Source: Epithemia pelagica
Lineage: Eukaryota; Protista; Bacillariophyta
Direction: 5' to 3'
Assembly (NCBI GenBank): GCA_946965045.2
Contig: OX337235.1
Span: forward strand, 62,001-126,000
DNA length: 64,000 nt
Shown: in pieces, positions 33,488 to 45,000 of the stretch
Layout of the letters: the number at the start of each line of letters is the position of its first letter
Position numbering within the stretch: position 1 is the first letter of the stretch
Position numbers and translations under genes: made by a program
Notes under the pieces: model-generated
The model's input: the letters and a program-made list of their open reading frames with translations, nothing else
What the model was told of the DNA's origin: nothing
Database searches by the model: none

Positions 33488-35275
33488 TTATCTTTGTTGT
33501 GGTTGCTTTTGCAAGGCCAAGAGTTCTTGGAAATTTTGTGTTCCCATGAGTTGTCCAAACCGTGTCATGACTTGCTCTTGTGTGACATATTTGGCCTTTC
33601 CCGTCGTTTGTTGGGCGTGCGCATTTTCGCTTTCCATATGTCGCATGGCTGCAACATACCATTGTTTGAGCGTGGTTTGACGTTTCGTCGCATAATCGGA
33701 ATCCGTATCCGGACTCAGTACCGCCAAGGCCCGCGGAAATTCCTCCAAGGCCTGGACATAGTTTTTCTGGGAGGCCCAGGCACAGGCCAAACTGTATCGG
33801 GGGGCAAAGCGACTGCCATCTTGGGCAATACTGGCTTGATAATGGGGAATTTCCGTGTCCTGTCCGGCTTCCAAGACCCCCAAATTACAATGTGCTTTGG
33901 CCAAGGCCAGGGGTGGCGCACTGGGCGCTTGCAAAATCCGATTCGCATACAATCGTTCCTTATCCGGTCGTCCGAGTTGCGCCGACAACATGAGCAAACT
34001 GGTCAAGGCTTCGACATCCATGGGATCGGCAACCAAACACGAGTCTTGCAAACACGCCACCGCCTCTTCCACTTTGCCTTGGGCCTGGTAGACACTGGCC
34101 AAATCGTAGGCGACATCGCCGGCGTACGGATGCACATGGTCCAAACAATATTCCAACACTTGCTGTCGTTGCTTCCCAATGGTCGTGTCGTCGCCATCAC
34201 CTTCTTTCGTTTGTTCCTGCAAGGTTCGACTGAGGACATTGTAACTGGGATCAAAGCGGGGATTGAAACAGAGGGCGGCCTGGACATTGGGGACGGTCGC
34301 CGGTGGACTCAGCAATTGTCGCACCACTTCGGGTTTGTCTTGGTGCATGCAAAAGCCACCAATGACATAACGGACCCCCGTTTCGACGGCTTGTCCACAA
34401 TGTTTGACACCACCGGGTCGAATCGTGACATGACCCTGTTGCATGTCAATCGTGGCATTCAAGCCCTCAAACCAGGTACCGCCCCCGGTAAAGTCGACGG
34501 TCGGATCATTGAGGGCAATGGTAAAACTGAGACAACCGGAATCGGTATGAATTTCCGTCCGACGGCCCGTTTCCGGCGTATATTGAAAGACATAGGCATT
34601 GTCCACACACAGCAACAAATGACTCTGGACGTCGTCAATGTCGGCAGTATGATTGGCGCCCACCACAAACTCGGGAAAGGTCCGGGCGAGGAGGGGAAAC
34701 AATTTGGTTTGCACGGCCTGGACAAACCATTCATGGACGGCGGGAATATCCTTGATCCAAAAGCCGGCCACTTGATATTGACCACTGGGCAATTGCGTCC
34801 AGGTTCCATTGTTGTAGTGGTGCGACAAAAAATGAGTGTGCGCCGCTTGAATCACGGCCTGGCATTCGTCGCTCGAAAACAAGGGCGTGTCCGTGACAAA
34901 GACGGCCAAGGGCAATTCTGTGCCAAAATCCGGCAAGGCACTGAGCGGTTCCCGGGTCAAATTGTACCGCGTCAAGGTCATGGTCGACACAATCGGATCG
35001 ACCACCACCACACCGCCATTCAAGGCTAAATGTGTGGGATAATGTTGCAAGGCAGTTTGGACGGCCCGAACATGTCGCAGTTTGGCCGTTTGCAAGGCCT
35101 CCCGCAAATCGTCTTGAGTCACATGAGATAAGAACGGAGGACGCTTGCTGGACGGAGAAAAGGGTCGTCGAGCCTCGACCATGATACCAAGATCCATCCA
35201 CTCAACAATGAGAAGCACAAGGAAAACAAGGAGGATCCGCCAAACCTGGGGACGGATCGTCGTCGTCGATACCAT
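33488..35275 (-). CDS. Secreted/ER-type 2OG-Fe(II) oxygenase (prolyl/lysyl hydroxylase-like) with C-terminal TPR repeats (about 595 aa)
   Basis: Probable start MVSTTTIRPQVWRILLVFLVLL (signal/anchor); YTPE...IHTDSGCLSFTIALND..DFTGGGTWF...KHCGQAVETGVRY; TPR-like AYDLASVYQAQG, AHCNLGVL, YSLACAWASQKNY. Confidence 0.88.
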   Translation of the reverse strand: MVSTTTIRPQVWRILLVFLVLLIVEWMDLGIMVEARRPFSPSSKRPPFLSHVTQDDLREALQTAKLRHVRAVQTALQHYPTHLALNGGVVVVDPIVSTMTLTRYNLTREPLSALPDFGTELPLAVFVTDTPLFSSDECQAVIQAAHTHFLSHHYNNGTWTQLPSGQYQVAGFWIKDIPAVHEWFVQAVQTKLFPLLARTFPEFVVGANHTADIDDVQSHLLLCVDNAYVFQYTPETGRRTEIHTDSGCLSFTIALNDPTVDFTGGGTWFEGLNATIDMQQGHVTIRPGGVKHCGQAVETGVRYVIGGFCMHQDKPEVVRQLLSPPATVPNVQAALCFNPRFDPSYNVLSRTLQEQTKEGDGDDTTIGKQRQQVLEYCLDHVHPYAGDVAYDLASVYQAQGKVEEAVACLQDSCLVADPMDVEALTSLLMLSAQLGRPDKERLYANRILQAPSAPPLALAKAHCNLGVLEAGQDTEIPHYQASIAQDGSRFAPRYSLACAWASQKNYVQALEEFPRALAVLSPDTDSDYATKRQTTLKQWYVAAMRHMESENAHAQQTTGKAKYVTQEQVMTRFGQLMGTQNFQELLALQKQPQQR

Positions 35276-35559
35276 CTTCGTAAAGCAATTCTGAATTCGT
35301 GGCTTTTGACGATTGTCAACACCACACACTTCGTTTGGAACAACCAAAACAGGTGTGTCGTGGTGGAAGAGTGGCAAGATCTTGGTTCTTTTTTTGGTTG
35401 AACAGGAAATGATCCATGGGAATGATGGGATGGCATCGATGGGGCCGAGGAAACAAGATCTTTTGTGAGATGACGTACGTGCTTTGTCTATCGCACCAAG
35501 GTCGCGTTTCACTAGCGCTGGAGTTCACATATAAGCTCTGGAGGACAAACCAAAACTAG

Positions 35560-36315
35560 TGTCTATTCTACCCCGGTCCTCATATGAGGACAAATCCTCA
35601 TATGAGGCCACTTTTCAACGTAGCATGTCAAATCATTCATGTACTCCTAAGTGGTTTTTAAGTTCAGATTCGTAATCTCCATACTTGAAAACGTACCCCG
35701 TGGTATTCTCATGGTTTAATTGTGATGAGTAGTGACGATACAGTATCAAAAACAGAATTCATCCCTAGTGATGATGACCAGTTGTCCTTTGCCTGATTGA
35801 GGCATCAGATTGAGAGAATTCAGCCAAAACAAGCCTCCATCACCACAGAGGAAAATTCTGAGACCGTAACAGCATTCGACACCAATACAGGGTCAAATGC
35901 GGCGTCTGAGCCTCCTGCACCCCAACAGTTCATGTACAGAAAGCACAGACACCTTCAGGGAACCAGGAAAGTGCAGTGGGAGACTCAAATCCGCCAATGT
36001 ATGTGAAGACAGTTGATTTCCCTCGACAAAATGGTTGGATTTGCCCTACATAAACTGGATGGATGCATTTCCAACACACGTAGTGTCTTGCCACATAAAC
36101 ATAGAACATAATGGTTGATTGTGGTCTATTACTTTTCTATTTTAGTTGTTCATTTTTTTGGTAGAACGGCAGATTCCCATGGTTGGGTTACATTTTTTGT
36201 CGATAGCTTCGTACAAAAGCTACTGTGGTCTACGTAGATATGATTTTAGTAGGATTGTCCTCATATGAGGACAAGCGCTGTCCTCATATGAGGACAAACC
36301 GGGGTAGAATAGACA
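35560..36315. mobile_element. 756-bp MITE-like element with TGT...ACA ends flanked by CTAG on both sides
   Basis: TGTCTATTCTACCCCGGT at 35560 and its reverse complement ending at 36315; CTAG at 35556-35559 and 36316-36319; palindrome GTCCTCATATGAGGAC repeated near both ends. Confidence 0.8.
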
Positions 36316-36756
36316 CTAGCCCTTCGTGTCTACTATTAGAGTAGTGGAGTAGTCCAGCAAGACGAACGAGAGACAAACGGCGAAACACTAGAGAGAAAAT
36401 GAACATGACACTCTTCTGTTTCGTTTCTCTACTATGTAGGTAGAAGGATGATGTAGTTTGCGATCGATTCGTCGTGTGTATCAACCACAGAACGGGCACA
36501 GTCGTCCAAGGGTGTGTTCTCATGTGAGCTATAAATTAAAGTAGGACGGAGTCGAGGTTATTGGCACTGTTCCGGAAACCGAATTGTTGGATTGTATAAA
36601 AGGACCCGAGAAACCAAGCGGCTCTTGTCCGTGAAAGTTTCTCGAGTCACATCGAACCACACTGCTGTTCGTTTCAGTGCCTTTGGGAGTAGTGTCTTAT
36701 TGGTCCAATGGAGTTACTTGCTTGCTTGCTTGCTTGCTGGGGATATTCTTTGTGTC

Positions 36757-37854
36757 TCACGAACTCATTGTCTCGGACTCATCGTGGGGTGGTGTTTCGG
36801 GGAGTGTCGGCATTGTAGTCGCACCGGTGGTCGAGGGACGACGATGGGACCAGAGACTGCAAGGAACTGCCGTGCTGGTCAAGAGCCAGGTGGAGGACAG
36901 CGCTCGTGGTGGTTCCGAGGACGTTGGTGGAGCAGCAAGTTCGGCGGGTGTCGTCGTCGTCGTCGTCTTGCTGTGGTCCTGTTCCGTTCCGGCCGTGGTT
37001 TGTGCTTGTGGTGTTTGGACGGCTTGGGCAAAAATATGCCAGGTCGCGGCTTGGAGGACGGCGGCCCAATCGACACAAATGGTATAGGTACACACGAGGG
37101 CCAAGCCAGCCGCCATGGTTTGCAGAGTGCCGGGCGGTGCTTGTTGAATCAACAAGAGGGCCGTTTCCACGACAAACAACAAGAGACTGGCCGAAAAGGA
37201 CGTGAACCCCCGGACGCGTTGGGGTGCGACGGATTCCAAAAAGCGACTGTAAGCGGCATCGGCATGCCGTCCCAAGGCTGTCTTGCCGTACAAGACACAG
37301 AGGGAAAAGACGACGGTCGCATGCAAGCCACAAATGGCACTCAAGCCGGCGCAATAGACAATGGCCGTCGACCAAACACTGTCGGCGGCCGTGGTCGATT
37401 CCAAGACGGAAAAACTGGCCGAGGCCGTCAAAATACTCACCAAGACGTAGGATTCCAAAGATTCCAATCGCGTCTTTTCGCGTTCCAAATCCATGGGTGG
37501 GACGACGACAAGTTCCTCGTTATTGTTATTGGTGGTGCTCGTTGGTGGAGTCAAAGTAGCTGGGGCATTCTCGAGGGAGGCTTGGGTACAGGTCGAGGAA
37601 CTTGTGCTTGTGGTAGTTGTTGTTGTTGTCAATTCGCCACCACTCACACCCGACAATTGTCGTCGGGGTGGGTGGTCGTCCTCCAAGAGGGCAGCCGCCA
37701 TTCGTCGTGGTTGGAGGATGGGTCGTTGTCGTTTGCGGCTTGCAAAGGGCCACACGGAAAATTCACAAAGACTATCTTCGGTTTCTTGTTCGTCCATGGC
37801 ATGGCCGTCCAGGTAGGCCGTTTCCATATTCAAAGAAGGGCTGATAGGTTCCAT
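36757..37854 (-). CDS. Hypothetical multi-pass membrane protein (365 aa)
   Basis: Low-complexity N-terminus, then about four hydrophobic helices (YVLVSILTASASF; IVYCAGLSAICGLHATVVFSLCVLYG; FSASLLLFVV; LALVCTYTICVDW). Confidence 0.7.
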   Translation of the reverse strand: MEPISPSLNMETAYLDGHAMDEQETEDSLCEFSVWPFASRKRQRPILQPRRMAAALLEDDHPPRRQLSGVSGGELTTTTTTTSTSSSTCTQASLENAPATLTPPTSTTNNNNEELVVVPPMDLEREKTRLESLESYVLVSILTASASFSVLESTTAADSVWSTAIVYCAGLSAICGLHATVVFSLCVLYGKTALGRHADAAYSRFLESVAPQRVRGFTSFSASLLLFVVETALLLIQQAPPGTLQTMAAGLALVCTYTICVDWAAVLQAATWHIFAQAVQTPQAQTTAGTEQDHSKTTTTTTPAELAAPPTSSEPPRALSSTWLLTSTAVPCSLWSHRRPSTTGATTMPTLPETPPHDESETMSS

Positions 37855-38326
37855 GGTCCAATCGATGGTATATTCGCGCTGTCTCTCTCGTTCTTGGTTT
37901 CTTCGCCGTTGTTGTTGTTGCTCGTGGTGTTTTTGGAACTGTTGCTGCTGCGGCTGTTGTTGTTGTTGGACCGTCCAAACGCGCTATTCGGAATGGAGTA
38001 ATAGAGAGACTCGCCTCCGAGACTTATTGGTGATTGTGGAGTCGTTACTGTTGCGCCATGGTGGTGTGGTGTGGTGTGTGGGTGTGGTGGGTGGGTATTG
38101 CTGCTGTCGTCATCATAATATCTTCTTGGGAGAGATGGGCACGCAGTCCCGGTCGTGTGACCCGGCCCGACCGGCGCACTTTCGGTCGCTCTTAGTGGTC
38201 GCCTCTCACAAACGGGTCGCGTTTGTATCTTCCAGCTGGAAGTCGCCACACACACATCGAAAAATCCACAAATCAACCACAACAACAAAACGTTGTTGTC
38301 CTCGATAGTGCAGATCCATCTCTCCT

Positions 38327-39715
38327 TTGGTAGATCGAGAAAAAGAAAGAGAGAACAAAGCTTCCCCCCTTACGATTGAGGAAACCGGCAACCGACGAAA
38401 TTCCCAACCACCACCGGAAACAAGCACACGCACCACAACCAACATGGCCACAACAACAACAGTCACCTTCCGAACCCAATCTCCTCTTTGGCATGCAAGA
38501 AGAAAACGAAGAACCATTCTAGATGGAGGATTACAATCATGGACTCTTGTGGTCTTTCTGATCTTTTTCGTCGTACAATTTGGAGGCAGAACGGTTGAGG
38601 CCCACACTCAATCTCGTCGTTGGGCGTTGGGTGCCAAACCGAGACATGGATCGCCCCTGTCGTGGTCATTGTCGTTGACATCCTCCTCCAAGTTGCTTTC
38701 GTGGCGGGGAGGATCGACCAAGACGGCCGCACCACCGACCACTCCCGATCCTTCTGCTACTACTACTACTACAACAAATGTCGGGGTGGATCCCGACATT
38801 TTGGCCTATCATCGCCAGCAACACTTGTTGTTGCAATCGCAAGGGTGGCGATTGCGGCAAGCCTTGGTGAACCGTGGCGTGGAAGGCCTGTCGGACGACG
38901 ACGACACGGACACGGCCGCCGCACAAATTGTCGATTGGGAATGCGATCAAGCCACGATGGAATCACCCAAACCTTGTCTCTTTTCCTTGCAAGCCGCACC
39001 CGGCACCAAAGTCGTGGCCCCCCGTCCTCCACATTCCAAATGGATCACCAAAGAACAAGACAAGGATTTGTCGTGGATTACCTTGTCGTCCTTGATTCAA
39101 TTGCGTCGTCAAGATCCCACCAAGGTGGAACCTCTCTGGCACGATCGCTATCGCATCTTGTCCACCTGGTTTGATCCCCATCATGCACACAGTTTGTATC
39201 CCTACTTGACCCCACGGGCGGCCCTTGTCACGAGTCTGTTGGATTCGCCCTTGTTTACTATGACGGCCCAGCATGGCCTGGCCACGACCGTGGCCACGTA
39301 TATCATGGTATCGTTGGTGGGGACGGCTGTCCTGGCCCTGGTGACGGTGCTGACCTTGCCCGTTTGGGAAGTTGTGGTACAACAGTGGTGGACGGCCTCG
39401 TGGTGGTGGCAGCAATGGCCCGTCTGGGGTCGATGGGTCCATGCCGCCTTTCCCCTCAAATTTTTGATTGTCCAATACCTGTGGAAATACATTGCCTTGT
39501 GCGTTTCGACCATGCGTACCGCCGCCCAAACCCAATTGGTCCAATGGGAATGTCAATTGTGGGAAGACTGCATTCCCCAAACACGGTCGGTTCCAGCGGC
39601 GAGTTCCAAGAACGAACTACAAGACGACGACGAGGATGATTTCCAAGATAGTTTCGACGACGATATGAATGACACTGACGACGACGAGGAGGATGAGTGG
39701 GAAGATTTGCGGTGA
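38327..39715 (+). CDS. Hypothetical membrane protein with acidic C-terminal tail (up to 462 aa; start codon uncertain)
   Basis: Long ORF with an N-terminal hydrophobic segment, further TM segments and a Trp-rich region. Confidence 0.7.
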   Translation: MVDREKERENKASPLTIEETGNRRNSQPPPETSTRTTTNMATTTTVTFRTQSPLWHARRKRRTILDGGLQSWTLVVFLIFFVVQFGGRTVEAHTQSRRWALGAKPRHGSPLSWSLSLTSSSKLLSWRGGSTKTAAPPTTPDPSATTTTTTNVGVDPDILAYHRQQHLLLQSQGWRLRQALVNRGVEGLSDDDDTDTAAAQIVDWECDQATMESPKPCLFSLQAAPGTKVVAPRPPHSKWITKEQDKDLSWITLSSLIQLRRQDPTKVEPLWHDRYRILSTWFDPHHAHSLYPYLTPRAALVTSLLDSPLFTMTAQHGLATTVATYIMVSLVGTAVLALVTVLTLPVWEVVVQQWWTASWWWQQWPVWGRWVHAAFPLKFLIVQYLWKYIALCVSTMRTAAQTQLVQWECQLWEDCIPQTRSVPAASSKNELQDDDEDDFQDSFDDDMNDTDDDEEDEWEDLR

Positions 39716-40350
39716 GAGAGTAGAAGTGGTGGTTCCACAAGGAATAGATATATAGTCTTCAAGAGAAGGACGAAGAAGAGCGAACACAACAAACCAACAA
39801 GAAGCAGATAATCAGGGATACTACCTAGGTAGGTAGACCACGGTCCTCATCCCTCTACAAACTATACAAACATGTCCACATGTCGATGACGAACCACAAA
39901 AAGATAACGAAACGAAACGAGTGCATCTGTAAAACTACTTTATACGTGGTACTTCAAGAATCTTTTCAGCTGTAGCACGTTTCTACTAGAGTGGACGAAA
40001 GGATTGGAGGCTCTCCCGCCGATGGACCACACAACAAGCCGGAGGTCGAGAGGAACAAAATGAGAGTGTCCAGACAACAAGGATGAACGGAAAAATGTCA
40101 CGGCGTGGCCCAGAAGAACAAAACGAGACACTATCAAGACAACAAGAAGATTAAAAGGAAACGAGGATGATGATAAGAATTTGGATTTGGAACAAACACA
40201 AATGAGGAACGCGGGAATGACTGACAAGATGGACGGTGACGAGAGTACTCCACAGAAAAAAGGTGCCTCCAAGAGGCACGATTGTTCTACGGCGAACCTC
40301 GCTCGCATCAAAACCTCAGATCCCACCCAAACCCCTTTTGAAAAAGGTTA

Positions 40351-41694
40351 GTGGGACCGACTCTCCACGCGGACCACCGAAGCATGCGCGTGTTCCGTGG
40401 ATCCGTTTTTGAAAGGTTCAACCTTGAACGAACACCAGTGTTTTCGTGGATTACCTCAAAACGCATCCTATATACTGCAACGGATTCATCGACAATGTCG
40501 AATGCCAACATCATGGAGATGCGAGAAGAAGCAAAATTGTCTGGCCTCGTCTTTTTGGACAGCAACTCACAGAAGCCCGAATGGACCAAGCACAAGGAAA
40601 TACCATTCCCATCGATTTTTGAAAAACGACTTTACGGCCATACATCTTTGCTTCTCCAGCATCCGAGAAATCTTCGGGAAAAATCGATTGTGTTTTTGGG
40701 AGGGATGGCTGGCTGGCCTTCATTTGAGGCCGAGTCGAAACGAGCAAGCTCTGTGAATCTTTGCAATATTGAAAACGGAGAATGGTACCAAGGACCAGAA
40801 ATGATTGAAGAGCGATTTGGTTTGGTTGCAGTAGTTTGTGGTGGCAGTGTATATGCTCTTGGTAGAAAAGCAAATATGCGTCGCACATTGGACTCAATCG
40901 AATGGATTCCAATCTCCGATTTGCTTCAATCGAGTTCCATAAACAACAACGAAGGGATTTCCATGAAAACCTGGAACGCATTGAAATCTTGTTTGAGCAC
41001 ACCACGATATCATGCTGGTGCTGTCTCGGTACATGACCGGTATATTGTAGTGGCGGGTGGGACAAACAATGATGGACACAAATTGTCCTCTGTTGATATA
41101 ATTGATACTCATGATCCAAGTCAGTCTGTGGCCATCGCTGGACCCTGTCTCAATCGTCCCCAAGATTTTTGCCAGATGGCGACTGTTGGTTCTCGGATCT
41201 TTGTCCTTGCGGGTGATACGGCCGGAAGCATGTTGGAAGGATTTGAACAATGCACAATCGATGCAGTGGCATATTGGGACTTTGATCCATCATGCTTAGA
41301 TCCAAGCCATCGCACTACACCCCTCAGATCGTGGACCGTCCAAGCAGACTTTTCTCAGCATGGGATTTACCAAGCTGCTGCCCGGGTAGGATCTTGTCTG
41401 GTAGTCGCTGGAGAAATTTATGAATCGATTTTTGCAATGAACTGCAATTCGGTTGTGGTTTTTGACACGAAAAGAAACAAAAGATGGGAGCTCTCGTCCA
41501 CAACCACGGATATGATGAATATGAATGCCCAACGCAGATTGGTGGCCCTTTCCAATGGTATTCTTTGTTTTGGCGCAGACCGTCACACGGTTGTCCGTGA
41601 ACACCTTGGATTGGTGGACAAAAACTCTGTTTTGTATGAGCGATTGTTGGTTCTTTCGGGTCATGAAATTCGGTCAGTCTTTCGCAATATATAG
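40351..41694 (+). CDS. Kelch-repeat protein
   Basis: GG-containing blades IVFLGG, RFGLVAVVCGGSVYALG, PRYHAGAVSVHDRYIVVAGG, ATVGSRIFVLAG, AARVGSCLVVAG, with W near blade ends. Confidence 0.88.
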   Translation: MGPTLHADHRSMRVFRGSVFERFNLERTPVFSWITSKRILYTATDSSTMSNANIMEMREEAKLSGLVFLDSNSQKPEWTKHKEIPFPSIFEKRLYGHTSLLLQHPRNLREKSIVFLGGMAGWPSFEAESKRASSVNLCNIENGEWYQGPEMIEERFGLVAVVCGGSVYALGRKANMRRTLDSIEWIPISDLLQSSSINNNEGISMKTWNALKSCLSTPRYHAGAVSVHDRYIVVAGGTNNDGHKLSSVDIIDTHDPSQSVAIAGPCLNRPQDFCQMATVGSRIFVLAGDTAGSMLEGFEQCTIDAVAYWDFDPSCLDPSHRTTPLRSWTVQADFSQHGIYQAAARVGSCLVVAGEIYESIFAMNCNSVVVFDTKRNKRWELSSTTTDMMNMNAQRRLVALSNGILCFGADRHTVVREHLGLVDKNSVLYERLLVLSGHEIRSVFRNI

Positions 41695-42055
41695 TGGTAT
41701 GGGAGGAATAGAGAATGGCTTTGTATACCAAGACCTGTCGAAGTATTGAGTAGATAAGCTAGACTGTCCTTCGTTGAAATCGTTAGTGTGTTTATTGACC
41801 GTATCCTCTGATCGGGCCGATATTGGAAAACCGCACAACGAGTTTCAGCAGTCTCGAAAAGAGCTATTACTGTCAACTTCTTCAAGTCCACCATCGAACT
41901 CGGTTGTACGCATGATCGCGAGGCCCTCCAAAGAGAACTACAGAGCTAGTACAAAAAACATTCAATCCAGCTGTTTACCTAGACAAACAAGCTTGTCTCT
42001 TTCTACTTTTATAGTGTGTTTGCTATATCTCTTTGGGTGTTGTTTTCACAAGGAC

Positions 42056-45000
42056 TCAAAGAGAAGCGTAAGCTGCCGGTGGCGGTGGTTGTGGGTGAGA
42101 AGGAGGACGTTGCATCCCTTGTCGAATTGGAGACTGGGGAGACGATACGGTACGTCTAACAGGGAAGAGGGCGGCCATGGTCTGCGGCTTGTTGCCCGTC
42201 CTGTTGGTACTAGCTGGTTCCCGTTGCTTTACAAGCTCCTGTTCCCACTGTTGTACCAGGGCCTTGCCTTGTGCTTGCCAGGCTTGTCGATTTTGGTGGG
42301 CCCAATTTTGAAACTCGCTGCTATAGGAACCAAAGACACCACAGTGTTGCAACCGGTCGGTCAAGGGCAAGACGGTGGAATCAAAAAATTGCAATTCTCC
42401 CTGATACCACAATTCTACAGTCGTAGAATGGGAATCAGTGTCATCCGGAACCTGATCCCGGGCGGCAAGTCGTTCGGCATGCAATTTTTGATTGAATTTG
42501 GTATAGGTTTGCCAATGTTGCATCATGTGTGCTACATCGGCTGCCTGTAAAATACATTCCAAGACAACTGTGGCGATCAAGCAAGACACAAAGGAGTGAA
42601 CAAGTGAGTGAGTTTGGACGGGAGATCTATTTATTCTATGGACAGGAGGAATACGTACGTGTTGCCTTGCGTTCCAATGTGCTATGATCCATGTTGTGGT
42701 TTCCGTGACTGCTGCGACAATCCAGTTCCTGTTGTGGCTGTTGGAGTGTCATGCGACGATGATTGCTGGAACTGAGGGCCACAGACTGTTGTCGATGATG
42801 GCTAGAATTGCTGAGTCCTTGTTGCTGTCGATGATGACTAGAATTGCTGAGCCCTTGCTCTTGCTGTTGTCGTCGATGATGACTAGAATTGCTGGGCCCT
42901 TGCTGTTGCTGTCTATGATGACTAGAGTCTCCGAGTGCTTGGCGTTTGTGATGACTGGAAGAATTCAGTCCTCCTGCTCCTCGACTAGCGTCGTATGTTC
43001 CAAAAGCTGCTTCCCATCTAGCAGTTCGAGTTTGGTACAGATCCTCATCCAACAAGTCTGTGGCCATCACAGCATTGACCAACAATTGACGGAAGCGCGT
43101 CAATTCCTGTTTGTTGGTATAGATACAGCTACGGAGTTTGTCAAAGTCTTGGTCCATCAAGACACGCCAGGCAACTTCCAAGGAGTTTTGTTCCGAAATG
43201 GATTTTCCCTTGTAAATCACAGACGTTGGTGTCCTAAGGTCTACAAGTTCTTGATTGGAAAGACCGGGATGGTCCACGTCGTGAATCAACGCCGCAAAAA
43301 CAACGCTAAAGTGCATCAAGGGATCGGAGCAAATGCCAAAGGTGGAATAGTACATATCTCGGGCCTCTTGAACCGACGACTTGCTATTGTGATTGCTGGA
43401 TGTGTTGGTGTTGCTTCGGTCCTCGTTTGAAGACTTTTGTTGTTTGACTACTCGACGGAGTAGCTTACTGGCTGATAGTGCAACATGGCTGGCATGCTGC
43501 AGTGAAAAAGAAAAAAAAGGACCACATCATCGTCAACACCAAATCAGAATATTAGTACTCACAAAGTGGAAAAGGCTACTTATCCATGGATCCAAAAGTC
43601 CTGAACGTACCTCGAAATTGTGAAATGGCACGTCACGATACATGGAGCAGATTCTTGAGACATATTCATAGAGTTGGGAACGAACCTCAGCGTTCAAGGG
43701 GCTTTCGGTAGTTCCCTGTCCATGTTCTTGCTGCTGGCAGAGCTGACGTACCAACCGGGCATCAAAGCGGGGCATCTCGACAGCCTCGACAGCTTCGTCT
43801 AAAATGGATGTGGACATGCGAATAACGGAAAGTTCATCGTCCATTAGCAACCCGTTTTTCTTTTGACTGTCCTGTCTTCGCATGCGCGGTCTAACGCTCG
43901 AAATCAAGCCTCCGGCAACAGTCGCTGCAACAGTTCGATGTTCAATAATATTTTCGAGAAAGCCACAAAGGAGTTCCACATTCCACTCGACCAGACGCAT
44001 GGTCTTTTCTTGTTCGAGGTCTTGTGGAGAAAGCAGTTGCTCAATGCTCCGAGAAGATGTCATGTCTGTTATGTCTGCCGTAGACGGATGCGCATCCGAG
44101 ACCTCGCTAATGGTACTATGTAGACGACCTTTGGCTTTCAAATCCACCCAGTATGTTTGCATTTCCCCCTTGCCTTTTGCCGTGACCAACTCGTCACGTG
44201 GTACAACCCAATGTCCTTTCCCGGTGTCCACCAGCAACTCGGCCGTGGCAGAACTCACTTGAATTTGGCCTGGGATTCCAGTCGACTCCATACGCGAGGC
44301 TGTATTCATCGTGTCGCCAAATAATTGAAACCGGGCCTTTTCTCCTCGCAAAACGCCCCCAGTAACACTTCCTGAATGCAATCCCACTCGACCTTGCAAA
44401 TCTCCCGTGGATGGACCGAGCTGGATCTCTAATTGTTTGGTGAGTTTCCGCATCCGTCGTAAACATTCGTGAGCAAAACGGGCCATGATGACAGCATGAT
44501 CCTCACGTGGTTCAGGAAGACCCTATAAAAAAGAAAAACGGAACAAACAGAGTTGTGTGTTAGCTTTTCCTGCGAATAACGGGATTTCTAATCCGTGGCA
44601 TGAGTTCATTCGTACCGTGACGGCCACATACGAGTCTCCAATGGTTTCAATTTTGAAGACACCCAGTCGACTGGCAGCGTCATCAAACGATTGATACATC
44701 GTTTCGAGCAATTGAAAGACTTGTGTGGGTTCACGCTCCGAGCTCCAGGCAGTAAAACCAGCAATGTCCAAGAACATGATTGTAGTATGGGGAAAGAGTT
44801 CCGCAATCGGTGCTGGAGAGGATTGAGGTCCCGTTTCATGAGACATTTCATTCTCGCGCCCGTGGGACTGGTTTCGTCTCAGACCTGCCCGCGGTGGAGC
44901 CTGTTCCAGGGATAAAGTGGACGCCGCCTTGTTCAAAATGCTATCTTTGGAGCTATTTCTTCGCCGACGCGCCCGGCGTAGCAATCCACCGGTTGTGGTA

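Noticed and set aside
33473-35029. 518-aa + strand ORF
   Set aside because: Lies exactly antisense to the motif-supported oxygenase-TPR gene.
36592-38001. 469-aa + strand ORF
   Set aside because: Antisense to the 365-aa membrane protein; no recognisable motifs.
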